A DNA stretch of 63,578 nucleotides, the filler included, from Octopus bimaculoides (Eukaryota), in assembly GCF_001194135.2 (NCBI RefSeq). It is 6 parts of 6 records of this genome, joined end to end, with 100 filler letters (N's around TTAATTAATTAA, not from the genome) between each part and the next. Parts side by side here need not be neighbours in the genome. Positions count along the whole stretch, not along the records: positions 61,515 to 63,578 come from NW_026378879.1; 5 more parts are not named here. One strand, 5' to 3'. Under the pieces are notes generated by a model, which made no database searches, was not told the origin of the DNA, and worked only from the letters and a program-made list of their open reading frames with translations. The position numbers were made by a program, and so were the translations under genes. Below are positions 61,415 to 63,578 of this stretch, piece after piece. The stretch's first letter is position 1. Each line of letters begins with the position of its first letter.

Positions 61415-61514
61415 NNNNNNNNNNNNNNNNNNNNNNNNNNNNNNNNNNNNNNNNNNNNTTAATTAATTAANNNNNNNNNNNNNNNNNNNNNNNNNNNNNN
61501 NNNNNNNNNNNNNN
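61415..61514. other. Artificial scaffold-join spacer
   Basis: 44 N + TTAATTAATTAA (61459-61470) + 44 N. Confidence 0.95.
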
Positions 61515-63578
61515 TGTATATGTATATGTACATGTATATATATATGTATATATGTATGTATGCGCATATGTGTGTGTGTATGGTGTTTTGTATGTGTATA
61601 GGTTTTGTATGTGTATAGGTTTTTTTTTTAACATATTTTTATATTTATATATATATATATATGTGGATGTATGTATGTATGTCTGTGTGTATGTATGTCT
61701 GTGTGTATGTATGTGTGTGTGTATGTGTTTATGACTTGTGAACTTTGCCTGTTTGTGTATGCATACATATACATGTGAGAGTGCACGTGTGTGCGTGCAT
61801 GAACGTGTGCGCGCGCATAAACGTGTTTGCGTGTGTGTACTTGCGCACACGCGGATGCCTGTATGTAGGTAATAGCGTTCTTTTTGCTAAAACTTTAAAA
61901 ATTTTGTTCGGTTTTTGTAATTGTGAAATTTTTTCGCCATGAACGGTTTGTGTTTTTAAACGGAATGTATTTTTTCTGATGTTATATTTATTCCTGAATG
62001 ATGTGTAAAGAAATTTTGATTTAAGTCTCTCTTAATGAATTCTTTATACTGAAATATATATTGAAGAAGACAAATATGTTCATTTGAATTTATACGTTTT
62101 TGCCTCGTAACTCCTTTATTANNNNNNNNNNNNNNNNNNNNNNNNNNNNNNNNNNNNNNNNNNNNNNNNNNNNNNNNNNNNNNNNNNNNNNNNNNNNNNN
62201 NNNNNNNNNNNNNNNNNNNNNNNNNNNNNNNNNNNNNNNNNNNNNNNNNNNNNNNNNNNNNNNNNNNNNNNNNNNNNNNNNNNNNNNNNNNNNNNNNNNN
62301 NNNNNNNNNNNNNNNNNNNNNNNNNNNNNNNNNNNNNNNNNNNNNNNNNNNNNNNNNNNNNNNNNNNNNNNNNNNNNNNNNNNNNNNNNNNNNNNNNNNN
62401 NNNNNNNNNNNNNNNNNNNNNNNNNNNNNNNNNNNNNNNNNNNNNNNNNNNNNNNNNNNNNNNNNNNNNNNNNNNNNNNNNNNNNNNNNNNNNNNNNNNN
62501 NNNNNNNNNNNNNNNNNNNNNNNNNNNNNNNNNNNNNNNNNNNNNNNNNNNNNNNNNNNNNNNNNNNNNNNNNNNNNNNNNNNNNNNNNNNNNNNNNNNN
62601 NNNNNNNNNNNNNNNNNNNNNNNNNNNNNNNNNNNNNNNNNNNNNNNNNNNNNNNNNNNNNNNNNNNNNNNNNNNNNNNNNNNNNNNNNNNNNNNNNNNN
62701 NNNNNNNNNNNNNNNNNNNNNNNNNNNNNNNNNNNNNNNNNNNNNNNNNNNNNNNNNNNNNNNNNNNNNNNNNNNNNNNNNNNNNNNNNNNNNNNNNNNN
62801 NNNNNNNNNNNNNNNNNNNNNNNNNNNNNNNNNNNNNNNNNNNNNNNNNNNNNNNNNNNNNNNNNNNNNNNNNNNNNNNNNNNNNNNNNNNNNNNNNNNN
62901 NNNNNNNNNNNNNNNNNNNNNNNNNNNNNNNNNNNNNNNNNNNNNNNNNNNNNNNNNNNNNNNNNNNNNNNNNNNNNNNNNNNNNNNNNNNNNNNNNGTA
63001 ATTACGCGATATCAGTATCATTGCTGATAGCATTCAAATATTTAAATAAAGTTCGTTACGATGTAAGGAATATTTATCAGGAAGTTTTTAATGTATTTTA
63101 AACACTCACAATTTGCTTACCAATAGTATGTATCAGTTTATGTCCAGATCCCTTAATTAATGTAGTTATGCTTCTCTTTAGATATACCTTCACATATGCA
63201 TATATATATGTAAACATTCTCAACCGCAGAAACCAGAAGCTAATTCGTATACTACAAGTCTAAGCTATTACTGGAACTGTAAAAAGTTATAAAACTTTCC
63301 AGAAGTTTACCGTTTAAGTATATGTTCGCTTGTCTAGACATGCAACTATATGCATGAGAATGCATACATGAAACAAAACACATAAATCTGCAAATACTGC
63401 ACGCCTACATGCCAAAATACTCTGTTGGTGTTATCGCTATTCCAGTGAATGAGCCTTAGATCTAGGTCTTTCTCTATTGGTAAGAAATCTTGAAATAAAA
63501 CTGAATAATGACATATATACACCCACATATACATACATACATGCATACATACATGCATGCATACATACATGCATACAT

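Overview
AT-rich, microsatellite-saturated, gappy eukaryotic DNA. The repeat families and simple-repeat density suggest a coleoid cephalopod, probably Octopus (inference). Five identical 44N-TTAATTAATTAA-44N spacers show that six sequence blocks were joined artificially. Two protein genes are supported. (1) Two + strand exons (6000-6138, 7479-7645) of an NO-sensitive soluble guanylate cyclase alpha subunit; its downstream catalytic exons were not found. (2) A - strand LIM-only gene of the LMO1/LMO3/Beadex type with three firm exons (37551-37776, 36038-36163, 34094-34283) and a candidate first coding exon (51316-51352). The rest is mobile-element debris: several tRNA-derived SINE families, R4/Dong-like LINE ends embedded in (TAA)n arrays, an RTE RT relic, mariner/Tc1/pogo relics and MITEs, a Helentron-type element enclosing a Gypsy integrase fragment, and a decayed Penelope-type hammerhead motif. 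Nearly all ORFs in the supplied track are microsatellite or N-gap artefacts. No clearly new biological system is demonstrated. The best leads are in the LMO gene (an SSGYGS degron-like tail, 48 open in-frame codons after the stop, inverted SINEs flanking a frame-preserving exon, tandem donors) and in the microsatellite-targeted LINE stacks. All family assignments come from recalled motifs; no database search was run.
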